This document shows positions 39,165-52,990 of a DNA stretch of 64,000 nucleotides, piece after piece. Numbering within the stretch: the stretch's first letter is position 1; the number at the start of each line of letters is the position of its first letter. The translations under genes were made by a program, and so were the position numbers. The stretch is from Stegostoma tigrinum (taxonomy: Eukaryota). The notes beneath the pieces were generated by a model that had not been told where the DNA came from, did no database searches, and saw only the letters and a program-made list of their open reading frames with translations. The DNA is taken from contig NC_081387.1 in assembly GCF_030684315.1 (NCBI RefSeq), positions 10,870,822 to 10,934,821 of the forward strand. The letters are read 5' to 3'.

Positions 39165-40360
39165 TATCAACCTCTATTAGAACCAGGTGACCATTTAATC
39201 AAATATTTATTTTGATTGGTTCTGATTTGGATGTTGTGAAGCAGTTTGCCTGTTCCAAACCAAATACTGGTGCATTTTCCAAGGGGTGCAGTCATCTGGA
39301 TACTGGCCTATCCATTCTCTCACTAAATTCAGGTTTGGTGGGACTCATCTCTGTCTCAAGTCCACATACAGGTAGCAATTAAAATGGCCTGCTGACCTGG
39401 ATGCTTGAGAAAATGTTAACCATTTGACCGTGGCGTGCCTTTGTTTTGGGTCTTCGCTGTGGGGGTTGACCTCGAGTCACTCTGTTCAGGATATCTCCTG
39501 AGTGAGGCTGTGCAATTGCTCTTACCCAAGCGATGTTTTCCCAAGTCCCTCAGCCTGGCAAGGATGTCCACTTGCGTCAGAGTGCTTTGTAACTCATGAG
39601 CATCACTTGCATTTTCTAATGACAAAGTCAGTTGTATTGCCTGTTTGAAATCCAGTTGGGCTTCAGCTGTGGGTGAACACATCATAATTCCAAAACCAAA
39701 TGGTCTCTCAGCAACTGACTGAGATTAAACCAAAATCACACGCCTGTGACAGCCATCCTAACCATGGCAAAAATCCTGACATAGATTACACTGGATCTCA
39801 AAGTGCAATGTAAAATCAATAGCATCTCAGAATTAGAGGAGGCTTGGGGTCATGATATTCTTTTACAAAATCTGTCAATTTTTGAAAGGTTTATGCATTT
39901 GGTGCCTCAAGAAACATTAGGTTCTTCATACTGAAATAAGCTGCTGGCCCACAAGCTGCTTACAGAATTACTCAGTCCTTTTCGGCTGCCCCAATGTCAT
40001 TTGCCTTGAAAAATAAAGCATTCGTTCCACATACTGGGCCCTAACGTCAATGGCAGGATCAAATGTGTCAAGCATCTGAAATGGCAATATGACTCCAGAA
40101 ATGCTAACCTGAGCTCAAACACAACTGTTTCGAATGAATCCCTTCAGGAGGGTGTTTCTCCCTCATCACCACTGAAGTAACTCGACAGAGGCCAGTATCG
40201 CATCACCAACTCACCGTTTAGTCACACATGTATTCTGCCTGACACTGATCCAGTTGGCTCAGAGTTGGCTCTCAGAACTCTTGATACTTCTGTTTATGTT
40301 TGATACTTCTGCCAGCCAGGGCTCCTGATTAAATGAGGTTAACAACCCCACTCAGGGAGC
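39165..40360 (-). mobile_element. Ty3/gypsy relic, unit 2 copy
   Basis: Paralog of 12180-13390. ORF 39416-39685 reads AEAQLDFKQAIQLTLSLENA. Confidence 0.6.
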
Positions 40361-41459
40361 TTGACACATAAATAAATTGCTACTTGTTGATTATCAAGTA
40401 AGTGGCAGAGAAATGTTTTAGTTAACCACTAGTAGTTGACAAAAGGCAGGTTACACCATTCGAGTATGACATCCACCCCTCTGACCTCGTTCCAATCTCT
40501 GTTCTGTCTTACTTCATTAAGTACATTTCGTGAGATCGGGTTTTGGCTTTGCAAGCTTTCAACCACTTAAGGAAAGATGATAGTCACTCCTTTGATCCTT
40601 TCCAGCTGATATAACTGTTGCAGATGCCAATGACTAAGTTGGCTTAAATTGACCACCAGCCACATTTTAGCTGGCATAAAATGGCCTGAAGGTTGTTGAC
40701 AATTACGGTTGACAGATATTCACAGTAAGACTTTGGACCTCCATGTACGATTACCGGATAAGATAATGAAAGGTCTCAGTGAGAGAAGAGAGGAGAGTGT
40801 AGTCCGTGAGGCTTCCTTGATAGGGGAGGCATAGATGAAAACCTTTAAGCAAACTAATATAAAAGTTCAACTTAACATACAGTGGAAGGGAACAATTGAC
40901 CCACTTACTTGAAACATTTTCAGGCATTTTTAAAATGCATACACTAGAGTACACATATGTATGTTGAACGAAAATTAAGGCTTTAGTTTTGACATCTCAG
41001 TATTCAGGGTCTTTAATTTGATTTCTCAACTCCAAGCACACCTGCATTGCTCATAAAAAAAGAACTTTGAAATTGCTAAACAGGAGACAGTTATTAACAA
41101 GCAATCGATATCTGTGGTTCAAAGAACGAAAGGAAAAGCATGACGGCACAATAATCTGGAAACTTTGGATAATTGTCATTACATAGGAAATATATCCACT
41201 TGAGTTGTGCGAAATAACATATGTGAACTTAAAAACTTCCATAAAGGAATTTTGTTGAATTCTTATGAGCAGTCAATCATGGACACTAGAAGGAGACCTC
41301 CTGATTAGCGGGAAAGATAGAGCAATAGATGGTGAAAACAGACAACTTGTAAGAGAGCAAAGAGGTTGCAAGACATGGAACATGAGCAAATATAACTTCA
41401 CAGCTCCGCACACAGATGGCTGTGAATATGACTGAATTTCACCCTTCTCAATTGGGCTT

Positions 41460-42310
41460 GCGAAAGGGGACTCTTTTAGAATTAGCAGCCTGGTTAAAAT
41501 TTGGCTGAACTTGGGACAAGAACAAAGCTGAAGTTCGAAAGCAGTTAGCCTCAAATTTGGGTATATAAGAGCAACAGTCAATTACCGTGGATTGGAAAAA
41601 ATTGAATTGCACATTTGACAATTAGAGTTACGGGACAAAGAAAGGGAAAGTTGATTACGAGTCGTGGAAAAAGAGAGGGAAAGAAGGACCCAAGCTGAAG
41701 AGAAAGAAAGTAAAGAAGAGAGAATAAAAAAGGAGAGAATGTTTGAGTTGAAAATTATGAAGTTGGAGCTTGAAGGAATAAGACTGAAAATGACAAAAGT
41801 AAAAATACAAGATAGAGGTGATGATGAGCAAAATCATCATAGCCAACAGCCTGTTAGGGTAACTGCGAAAAAGCCCAAACGTTATCAAAATGTGATGAAA
41901 AACACATCAAAGCTTTTTTCATTACTTACGAGGAATTAGCTGAACAGATAAACTGGCCAGAGACTATGTGGAGAATGTTAACTCAGACAAAGTTGTTAGG
42001 CAGGGCTAGTGATGTGTTTGCAGCACTGTCAGAGGAGGTCTGAAGTGAATATGAAGAAATAATACAGACTATTTTTAGTGCTTGTGAATTCATACCAGAA
42101 ATATTTTGATCAAGGCTCCAAAATATAAGAAAAGAACAGTTCAGGCATTTATTTTATTGAATAGAATTAACAGAACAACATCCATAGATGGTTGAGAGCT
42201 TCAAAGACAGAAAGATAAATCAGGATATTAGAGGTATTACTCTGCTTGAGGAGTGTAAAAACTCCTTTCCAGAAAAGATAATAACTCAAGTTGAGGAGCA
42301 GAAAGTTAAA
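41460..42310 (+). mobile_element. Gypsy-type gag/SCAN-like relic, unit 2 copy
   Basis: Paralog of 14480-15420 without the 91-bp insertion. Confidence 0.7.
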
Positions 42311-43597
42311 GCTGTCTCAGGCTTGCTGCAGTGTCCCAGTGAAGTGCAACATAGGTTGAAAGAACAACACTTCAATTTCCACTTGGGGATCTTGCAGCCC
42401 TCTTGACTCAGTGCTGAGTTGAACAATTTTGGTGCCTAAACTCTCCCATATCCGAGCCCCCATCCCCATACACCAGGCCTTGTCTACCATGACATGTTAC
42501 CTATTGTTAGCCACTCAGTCTACAGGAACAACTATTCATCCTCTGAGCCAGATCAATTCTACATTTCTTTGTCTGTCCAACTGTTGTTCACTATCTGTGG
42601 GCTCTCTCCCCACCAATCAATTCTCCTTTCCCCTTCTCCCACCCTACCTGCCGCATATAAACCGGCATTTTACTGGCTAACATCAGCCTGAAGGAAGGGA
42701 CACCGGGCCCAAAATGTTAACTCTGGTTCCTCTTCACAGGTGCAGTCAGATCTGCTGAGATTTTCAGCTACTTCTGCTTTTGTTTCTGATTTACAGCATC
42801 CATGGTTGTTTCAGTGTTAACGACGTCTCAAATCCAGTCCAGTGTCTACAAGGCTCACATCAGTAAAATTTGCCAAATTCCCAACTCGTATGGATAAGTT
42901 TAAGTTCAAAAACATTCAGGAACTATCCAGGACAAAGCAGCCACCTTGATTAGCACCACTTCCACAAACAGTCAGCCCTTCTCCCACTAGTGCTCAATAG
43001 CATCAGTGTGTCCGATCTGTAAGGTGTAAAGCAGAAGTGTCTACAGCTCAAAGGTGTTTTTGCACGTCACATGCATTATTTACTCCCTATTATCAGATTC
43101 AACAAAACTGTAGTTATGAAATAAGGTGTGATGTCTCCAACTGTAATCTTAGGAAGGAATATTCCACTGAAAATGATTCTGGAACCAATGAACTTTCCTG
43201 AGAGAAACTTGCTCAGCAAATAACCAACACGTACATTGTACATACGCCTGCAACTTTTTTTTCTGACAAGCAGCAAACAGGGAACAATGCATACTGACCT
43301 GCAAACAAAATCATCCTTATTTACAAGTCCAGTATTCGTGGCACTTTGTAATCTGGCGCTAAAAAAGACAATTTTATTTTCAAACAAACATATTCAACAT
43401 GCTTATCAAGCAAATAAGCTTTAACTGACATATCATACAGCATTTCAATGAAGGTGGCCCCAATCCCAGGGGAGTATCTCACGCAAAGTGATCACTTCCC
43501 GAAAGCTTTGACCGTATGTCATTGCCTAATCTTCCCAACATCAATCAAGCAACGTCAAGATATTAAATGGCCATCCATGCAAAATATCAGGTCATCT

Positions 43598-43885
43598 TTA
43601 GATTTCGATTCCCTACAGTGTGGAAACAGGCCCTTTGGGCCAGCAACTCCACACCCGACCTTGAAGTATCCCACCCAGACCCATCCCTCGACAACCCACA
43701 CACCCCTGAACACTACGGGCTATTTTGCATGGTCAATCCATCTAACCTGCTCATTTTTGGACAGTGGGAGGAAACCGGAGCACCTGGAGGGAACCCACGC
43801 AGACACGGGGAGAATATGCAAACTCCATACAGACAGCCGGCCGAGGCGGGAATCGAACCCGTGTCCCTGGCGCTGTGAGGCTGCA
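43598..43885 (-). mobile_element. HE1/V-SINE type SINE, unit 2 copy
   Basis: Paralog of 17309-17596. Confidence 0.9.
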
Positions 43886-45804
43886 TAAGATTTTGGGAAC
43901 AAGATGAGACAAGTCTTCACGAGCTGAAAAGCAGACGCAACTGCGAAACAACATATCACAAAATAAAAGTCAGCAGGGATCATGCTGCAATATAGTGGAT
44001 GAAATATTTTCATCACTGATTCTAATTTCACCTTTCCAAAATCGGCTGTCACCAAGCCAAATGGAACAGATGGTCTCATCTGAAATCAACAAATTTCTGA
44101 AGCTGCATTTTAATTATGACGGACCAAGAGGAAAATGCCCACCTAAAAGCATTGTGGATATTAACGTGTGACCTTATTGTCTGCTGCTGAACACAGTGAT
44201 TGGCAATCAGTTACATACATTGTAAAATTAAAATAAATACGCAGGATGAAGTCACACAGGAGAGAAACCTCTGGTATGGCAGTTGTGGTGTTACTCTCAC
44301 TGAAACGGAATTTATGCACTTTAATCTCACACCAGAATTTTCCCTTTTTTGCCGAGCGTAGGTGTATTTCCCATATGAACAACCAAGTCGGTTTGCAGTC
44401 TCCTCCTATTCGCGAACGCCAGGCGGCAAGCAATGAGTGCAGGAGAATACTCCTGGACAAGCCATGCTGCGTGCACCAGCGTGAAACTTCTGCAGTACTT
44501 TGTCAATGAGTGTGGAATAATCATCTGGGTATCGTGACTCGAACCTCAGAAACCAGAATGGAGGGAAATACAGGCAGACAATATCGCACAGCAGTTTGTA
44601 AATGATGAAAGAAATTGCAGCGGGAGATCTGACAGTTTCATTCACTTCTCAGCGAAAATAAATGACTATGTTGCAAGGAATCATGCTGGAAAGGAACGTT
44701 TCGGGGAATGAGAAGCAGGTCTGGGAGTAACGTATTTATGCAACTTAGTGAGAGATTTCCTAAACTTAAGCAAGCACAGAGAAATTCAATTATTTCAAAG
44801 GACAGATTGGAAAACGTTCCTCAGAAACACATCAACTTATATTTGGGACGCAATTAAAACTTTTGCCAAAAAGTAAATCATTTAGGAAACAAAGCAAAAT
44901 TCCACCGAATCAGATATGGCAGAACATGAGCTAGATGACTGGAGATGAACCCCAAACCATTAGAATAAAATGTCTCGCAATGTATCTGTGTTCTATTTAT
45001 TCACGAATGTTGCTTAAACTTTGCATTATTAACGTTGCCCGAAAACAGAATTGTAATCTGTTTCAGAGACTTGCAGAAATTCTTAATCCGAAAAAAGCCG
45101 ACATTGCTGAAAAGATGTCATGAAAGTGGAGATATGTCATTCATTGATCATCGAATTAACAGGTGAAGGTGTAATAATTCACTGATCCAGATTTGAATGG
45201 AAGACCTTTCAGTAGATTGGATGGGAAGAGGTAAAACCTCTCTCGGAACTCAAAAACATCCATGACAAACAGGCTCAATTGATTGGCCCTCGATCTACGG
45301 TCTTGGACAAATCACTCGGTGCGCCACTGGTAACACAGGACCAACAGTGTGCATCATCGAAAAGATGAACAGCAGCAACACATCAAAGCTGATATTTCAA
45401 AATCCGGTCCGCCATTACCTCATAAATGCATGGGAACACATTGATCTCAAACGTTTTCTCCAAGGCTGATCACCCCGATCGCAAATCCTATCATTGTACA
45501 TTCACGGTTCCTGGATCAAACCTTGGAATTCCTTCCTTGAAATCACCATTGACGTGCGACGTCCTTACAAATGCTGAGAATCAAGAAGACAATGCGCCAC
45601 CACCGTCTCTGCAGACACTAGAAATACTCAATAACTGCCCAGAGTGACGACACCTACACTATTTAAGCAAATATTTAGAGAGCAATTAAATTAAATCCGA
45701 CTATCCCTCAGAAGGAGTCCAGCAGAGTGCTTGGGTGCATTGATCTAAAATAAGACAAAAAGCCGTGAGAATACAGTTTGTGGAAATGATCAACGCAGAC
45801 TTAC

Positions 45805-45940
45805 CAGGAACAGCAATGACAGCGAGGACAGGATAGTAAATCTTTTCCAACTCAGTTATGAAATAATATTTCAGCCACTGGCCCATCTCTGAGGAATGCC
45901 AAGCAAAGTCCTCCCACTGACACTCAGAGACAGCTCGCAT
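45805..45940 (-). CDS. GPR139: GPR139-like exon 1, copy 2 (ATG at 45940 or, more likely, 45886 MGQWLK)
   Basis: Encodes MGQWLKYYFITELEKIYYPVLAVIAVP, then G|GTAAGT, a canonical phase-1 donor at 45804. It joins in frame with exon 2 (G+TT=Val, giving ..IAVPVNAVTIGIL..) for a 322-aa (or 340-aa) protein. Confidence 0.82.
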
Positions 45941-47263
45941 TCAAAGGGATCCAGTACTAATAGTAAATGGAAATCCTCCAGGGACACAAATTTGTTCGTT
46001 TGAGTCTTACGTCAATTACTGAACAAACAAGCCTGGTTAATTGATTTACTTGATTAGATTTGGCCACATTCGGTTTTGTCACAATACGTAGTCCTTAAAG
46101 AAATTGACAGCAGTCCCAGGTTGAGCTCACACAAAACACCACAAATGTCGTCCTTTCATCAAGGTAACAATTGATTCGACTGATGTTCGTGACAAGGCAA
46201 GTCATGGATATTTTTTCCAGCTTGCTTGCAGGTGTCCCAGGAGATGAGGATCCGAAATAGTCCATAACACACTGACAATGTATCCGCATTGCTGTCTTCG
46301 GGAACTTAATTGTCATCATTCCCGTGAATATGGCTGAGCAGCAATTTGCCAGAATGGGCAGAGATTGAGATGAAAAGAAAATGAAGCAGGAAGAGAAGTG
46401 ACAGAGGAATGTGGGAGACCGAATCGGTGATGTCACATGTGGACTATAACTTTCTTTGATGTAAGAGGGGTTCCCAAGCCAAAAGTAAAACAAAATGACC
46501 TGAAGTAGCCTGAGATGACAATAATGAGTCTCTTTTCGTCGTTAATAAATGCAGCATTTTTGCCAGAGCTCTGCTCTTATCTCAAGGAGAAATCTGGCCA
46601 GGTGTCCAAGGTATTTCGCTTCTGTAATAGCGGCAATCGAGATCCTTATAACTAAAATAATGTTATTGCAAACATTGTCATTGGGGAACTGGTGTTGTCA
46701 TCAGTGTCAGGAATGAACCTCAGACCACATCACTTATAGAAAGATCATCAAATATTAACAAATTACTTCGTATGAATCTTGTTTGCGCAACTTGCTATGA
46801 GTTCTTCAACAATCCATCAGCCAAAAGAGTTGAGATAAACCTCAAAATTCGAATCCAAATATATCTTGTCAAAATATATGATTCAATATTGTTGTTTATT
46901 ATCCTACACCAGATAAGCTCGGATTCCCCGCATTGCAATCAATAAATCCTTGAGCAAGAAAATCAACAATTCCTCTTAAATCCAGTGTAATAAGAAATCA
47001 CTCCACAATCCGACAGCTGTTTGCCCCCAGTTGAGCTATTCACTGGACAAGTTATATGCAAGGCTGAAAAGTGAGAGATCAGATTTTGATTTGCTTTGGT
47101 TTTAGTGGTAACCATTACTTTAGTCACTTAGTTGGATGGCTGTTTCTGTTGGACGATGATGCCAACAGCATGGATACAAGTCCCACACGAGCAAGAGGTT
47201 TCCATGAATGAATTTCCTTCTCTTCTATCCCCTTGCCTCAGGCGTTACCATTCAATACCAGAG

Positions 47264-47503
47264 CAGCTCTGTAGTTCAAGATAACAAAGTGTGAAGCTGG
47301 ATGAACACAGCAGGCCAAACAGCATGTGAGGAGCACAAAAGCTGACGTTTCAGTCCTACACCCTTCATCAGCGCTCTGGGCCTGAAACGTCAGCTTTTGT
47401 GCTCTTGAGATGCTGTTTGGCCTGCTGTGTTCATCCAGCTTCACACTTTGTTACCTTGGATTCTCCGTCATCTGCATTTCCCATTAGCTCAGCTCTGTAG
47501 TTC
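47264..47503. mobile_element. Palindromic Penelope-derived mini-element, unit 2 copy, perfect 14-bp TSD
   Basis: cagctctgtagttc at 47264-47277 and 47490-47503. Confidence 0.85.
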
Positions 47504-48443
47504 CTTTGAAGTCGTGATCTTTCTCATCAGGAAGTGATGCAGATTTTGCATTACCAATGAAGCAAGTACATTTATTGTCACATTGCACTGGGGGAGTACA
47601 CTTGAAACCAAATGCCACTTTTCATGGAATCTTCATAAATGTTAAGCACTTTATAAAATATTCCAGAGTTCCCCACTTTACCTGGTGAGACAAGGTTGGC
47701 TGAAAGTGCAAACCAAATTTTCGTACTTCACAAACATCATTATTCTCTGCAAGGTAGTAGACTTCAGTTACAAATAAACACTTATAAATGGTATAAGACT
47801 GTCAATTTTAATTCTAATCCACCTTGTGACTCACCTTTTGCACACTGACACAAACGTTGACAGAACAGTAATAAACCATCTGCCTTAGGGACAGGAGGGA
47901 ATCTGGGAATGTGCTTCAGCAGTTTCTCCATGCAGGATCAATGGAGATAATCATTCTGCTGTTCTGAATGCAATTTCGCAGCTTTCGTCTTCTGCAGGTT
48001 CTACCAAGTTACAAAAGTTACTGGGCAATCATCTAAATCATTAGCCAAAGGTCGCAGCTTATAGCTCCTGCTGGCAAAGCATCCAAAAGATTTTTCGGTG
48101 TTTCATGTAACTTTTACTGCAGAGAACAGAGAGATTTGTAGATTTGATGCAGATCTGAAGCCATTTCACTACATTGGTCACAGATCCAAGCAGCTCAGCT
48201 ACTTGAGAGCCATTCAATTTTCTGTGTCAGATGGTCTTTTTAATTGATAGCTGGTCAGTAGCCCACAAGGCACATCACTTCTTGTGTGAAAATTGTTATA
48301 ATTTCCCCAATTATAAGTATGCACTTAGATTTCTATCTCTCTGTAATTTCCTGACAAATCTGTTCTCCTGGAAACTTCCTCTTGGTGGTCCAGAGATGCA
48401 CTGAGTAATACCAAAGGCTTTCTTTTCCCTTCCTTACTTTTCT

Positions 48444-48757
48444 ATCATAGAATCCCTACAGTGTACAAAACAGGCCCTTCTGCCCAACAAGGCAACACCG
48501 ACCTCAGATTATCCCACCCAGACCCAACCCCTATCACCCACCTAATCTATGCATCCCTGAACACAATGGGCAATTTAGCACGGCTCGTCCTCCCAGCCTG
48601 CACATCTTTGGACTGTGGAGGGAAACCGGACCAAACCCACACAGACATTGGGAGAAACTACAAACTCTGCACCGATAGGCACCCGAGGGTTTTAATTGAA
48701 CCCAGGTTCCTGGCGCTATGAGGCAGCAGTGCTCAGCAACGAGTCGCTGTGCCAGCC
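48444..48757 (-). mobile_element. HE1/V-SINE type SINE, unit 2 copy
   Basis: Paralog of 22158-22468. Confidence 0.85.
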
Positions 48758-50162
48758 CCCCCATAACTGCGGGATGTGAATCTGCACAGGGAAAACCCAT
48801 AAATTTCTCGTCCATTGCTTTAAACACTCGGTCACAACTACAAGGTGTAAAAGAGGGATCTTTGCAGGAAACAAAGGATTTGCAGTGAGTCTTGTGATTT
48901 GCATGGAAAAGGGGAACACTTTATTCAAAAGCAGATCGAAGAATGTGGATATTTCTGAATGAAAACCAAAGTATGTAATAGCTCTAAACGAGTCGTTTTT
49001 GGCTTGCAAGCCCAGGGACGGAAAAAGTCTCGAGTGAAAAGCAAAATGTCGATGTGCTCCTGCTTGGCAACATTGCTCTGTTTCATCAATACAATGACTC
49101 ATTTTCATTTCCTCCCTTCATTCTCTTTGTTGAACCTCTTTTGGCAAGGAGGGCTTAAAGGTTGCCTTTCATCGAGCAAAGTCTCAGTTACAGTTCTGGC
49201 ATCATGTCTCCATGTCTCCAGGTCGGCACCAGCAACTCACATATCCTGGTTGCAGCACTCTGTGTTCAGACCTATTCACTGCAACCATCCCCACTAGCTA
49301 ACAGCTAGGTCAAAAATTACAGGGTATCGTCCAGCAGTTTTATTTGAAAACATTAGGTTTCTCTGCTCTGCTCCTTTCTCAGCTGTTCCAAAACTAATGT
49401 TTTCAACTAAATCTGTTGGACAATAACCAGTATCGTGTGATTTTTGACTTCGCCCACCTCCAGTCCAACGCTGGCATCTCCACAACATGGTGACTAAACA
49501 GAAAGTAAACAGCAGGACAGCACAATTACCGCATTAAATTTTACTGGATGTTAAATTATTTCTTCTACACAAACACATAAGAAATAGGAGCAGGAGAAGG
49601 CCATCTGGGATGTCAAGCGTCCTCCTTCATTCATGGCTGATAATCCTTCTTCCTTCAGGGGATGAGGGTCGTCACGGGCCAGGCTGCATTCATTGCCCAT
49701 CCCTCATTGCCCAGAGGGCAGTTAAGCGTCAACCACATTGCCGTGGGTCTGGAGTCACATGTAGGCTGGACCAGGTTAGGGGGGAAGTTTCCTTCCCTGA
49801 AGGACATTAGTTTTTCCTGGCATTCAACTCTGCATTCACAATCATCATGAGATTCTTAATTCCAGGTATTTATTGAAATCAAATTTCACCATCTGCCATG
49901 GTGCTATTCAAACCTAGGTCCCCAGAACCTTCTCTGGGTCTCAGGATTAACAGCCCAGCAATAATGCCACTAGGCAATTGCCTCCATCGTTTCATGGACT
50001 GAGCTCCACTTACCTATCCGCTCACCATATTATTAATTCTTCAGTGGTGAAAGATAATCTGTATATTGTTGCCTGAAAAGCTTTCTCTCAGGTCGAATCA
50101 TTTTTTTTAAAAAGAAATCCCTGGAAGAACTGTGGATGCTATAAATCAGAAACAAAAACAAC

Positions 50163-50840
50163 CCAGGCCCTAAGATGACTTTCCATATTCAGCAGATGTT
50201 CACCTGTACATCTGCTAATGTAGTATCGTATTTCCACTGGACCCGGTGTGTCTTCCTCGACATTGGGGAAACTAAGCGGAGGCTTGGGGATCGCTTGACA
50301 GAGCACCTTCGCTCGGTTCGCAAGAAACAACTGCACCTCCCAGTCGCAAACCATTTTAGCTCCCCCTCCCATTCCTCAGACGACATGTCCATCATGGACC
50401 TCCTTCACTGCCACAATGATGCCTCCCGAAGGTTGCAGGAACAGCAACTCATATTCCGCTTGGGAACCCTGGAGCCCAAAGGTATCAATGTGGACTTCAA
50501 AAGCTTCAAAATCTCCCACTCCCCCAGTGCATCCCAAAACCAGCCCACCTCGTCCCCTGCCCCCACTGCATCGCAAAACCAGGCCAATTCGTCCCCGCCT
50601 CCTTAACCTGTTCTTCCTCTCACCTGTCCCGTCCTCCCACCTCAAGCCGCGCCTCCATTTCTGCCAACCTCATCCCGCCTCCTTGACCTGTCCGTCCTCC
50701 CTGGACTGACCTATCCCCTCCGCACCTCCCCACCTACACTCTCCTCTCCACCTATCATCTCTTCAATCCATCTTCGGTCCGTCTCCCCATCTCTCCTTAT
50801 TCGAAAACCCTCTCTCCATCCCTGTCTCTGATGAAGGCTT
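50163..50840 (+). mobile_element. Penelope-like GIY-YIG fragment, unit 2 copy
   Basis: ORF 50175-50606 reads CTSANVVSY..IGETKRRLGDRLTEHLRSV. Confidence 0.9.
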
Positions 50841-52597
50841 ATGTTCTGCTGACTGTCGGGGCGCCCTCACTCGATGGCTGGTCGAGAGGCTTCGATTTGT
50901 TCTTAGCACAGTTCACGATTCCGAGCCGAAGCGAAGACCAGCAGCAACAGCTTGGAACGAAACTTTCTCTCTCTTATGCAGTGTGACAAACAGCCAGCAT
51001 AAATAAAGCAGATACAGCAAGACAGAACTGCTGCCTGGGACAGACCACACTTGAGGGGGGAAGAAAACGAAAGAACTGCGAATGTTGCAGATCGTGAACA
51101 GAAACAAAAGTTGCTGGGAAAATGCAGCAGGTCCGGCAGCATCTGCAAAGAAAAAAAAATCATTTTGAATTCACTTTTAGTGTCCGGTGAACCTTCCTCC
51201 AAACGGGGTGAGAAAACATGTGCGGATGTTGTCTTTGGCTGGTGCAAGAATATTTGCAGTTATCATTCAGGGTCATGCAGCTGTTTATGGAGTATTCTGA
51301 ACTTTCCCAGCATATTCCCCCCTCCTGTCCAATCCATGTTCTCATGCAGACGTTGAATATCATCATTCGCGTTTGGCGATTCGGCCCATCATATGTTCGA
51401 CATTTCAAGAGGCCGGTGTTCTTAATTCGAGCACATCAGCCGACAGAATGGTGCAAACATTAGTATTTCTCTCCTTAAGGTCGGAACGAATATGTTGTTG
51501 TGTAATAACTGAAACAACATCACATGAGGGGATTAAAAAATTCAGTGACGAGATGTAAAACTGCATTTCTCTTGGCCACAATGGTTGCAGATTGAGTTAG
51601 TGCAACATCAATGAATTGGAATTTGTCCTTTTCCTTTTGAGGTTTTAGCGGCTTCAGCAGCGGCAGTGATTGAATGGTCACATTCTGCACCCGGTCAGTG
51701 TCAGCGGGGGCCGCTTCAGCGTGATTCCTCTTTGGTGTTTTGGCCTCAGAGACAGCTTTGGTGGCTGTGGAGAGAGATGCATCCCGCAGCTTCTCAGGAA
51801 ATCCAAAAGCAGTGTGTGGGGCAAAAAATGGAAATTTGGCCTAAAGTTATATAATTTGTTTACTTTAAGATTTTTTGTAATAAAAATGGTGATTTGCACA
51901 TATTTTACAGTATTTTCATGAAGACATGTAACAATAATTTACTTTTATTATTATTACCTGACTGAAAACAGTAAGAAAAGCAGGGCATTATCAGTCATAG
52001 AAACAATAGCCGAACATTAAGGCTCAACAGAACACCAACAGCAGCAATGAGAGGATTGTAAATCTTTGCTGAATCGGCAGTGAAGTGATAAAACATCAAC
52101 TGATCCATATTGGTGGAATGATTCAATCCATTTAAGAATAGAAAATTTTACTTCATCTTTATCACATTAAGTGACAATGCAAATGATACAAAATATATCG
52201 CTGATACAAGTAAAACCTTCTGCAGATCCAACTCAGTTCTGTGGGTTCTGATATTAATTATAGTCAGTGAATAAAATATGACCATAAGGAATTGTTCACT
52301 TGAAAGGCCTGAAATATTCCCAAAATAAACATGCCCTGAATCCAAGGTAATCCTGTTTGATTGTATTCCACTCTGTGAGGTGATGATTTATTCCTTGTGG
52401 TTAACTCTGTTTTAGGAATCTCCTGGTTTGACTGACATGACAGTCGCCGGCCCTTCTGAAAAAACTGCGGAATGTAGGTCACGTGTAAGGGTACTCAGAG
52501 CCGATGGATTAACTGCAGTTGGTGATGAAACAATGGGTCTGTAACATTGTAGAAAGTCATTTAGTAGACGCCTTGTGTTTTCATGGAGAGGCTATGT

Positions 52598-52990
52598 AGA
52601 CTGGGGTTTTTAACTCGTTGTAGCAATGGAGACGAGGGCGAAGAGATTTTTGAAATCACGAGGCGCATGGATTGGGTGATTAACCAAGGTATTTTTTTCG
52701 GAGGGTGGGCAAATATAAACTGGAGGGTATAGGTTTAAGGTAAGAGGGGAAAGAAGTAAAAGAGATTCTGAGTCGTTACTTTGTCACACGGAAGGTATTG
52801 CGTGTTTGGAAAGAGCTGCCAAACGAAATGGGAGAAGCAGGTGCAATTACAACATTCAAAAGGCATCTGGATGGGGATGTGAAGAGGAAGGGTTCGGAGA
52901 GATATGAGCCAAATGCTAGCAAAAGGGACGACATCAGATTGACATGCCTGGAGTTAGGCTGAAGGGTCTGTTTCAATACTGTATGACTCT
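52598..52990 (+). mobile_element. CR1-type LINE 3' end, unit 2 copy
   Basis: Paralog of 26318-26711. Confidence 0.85.
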
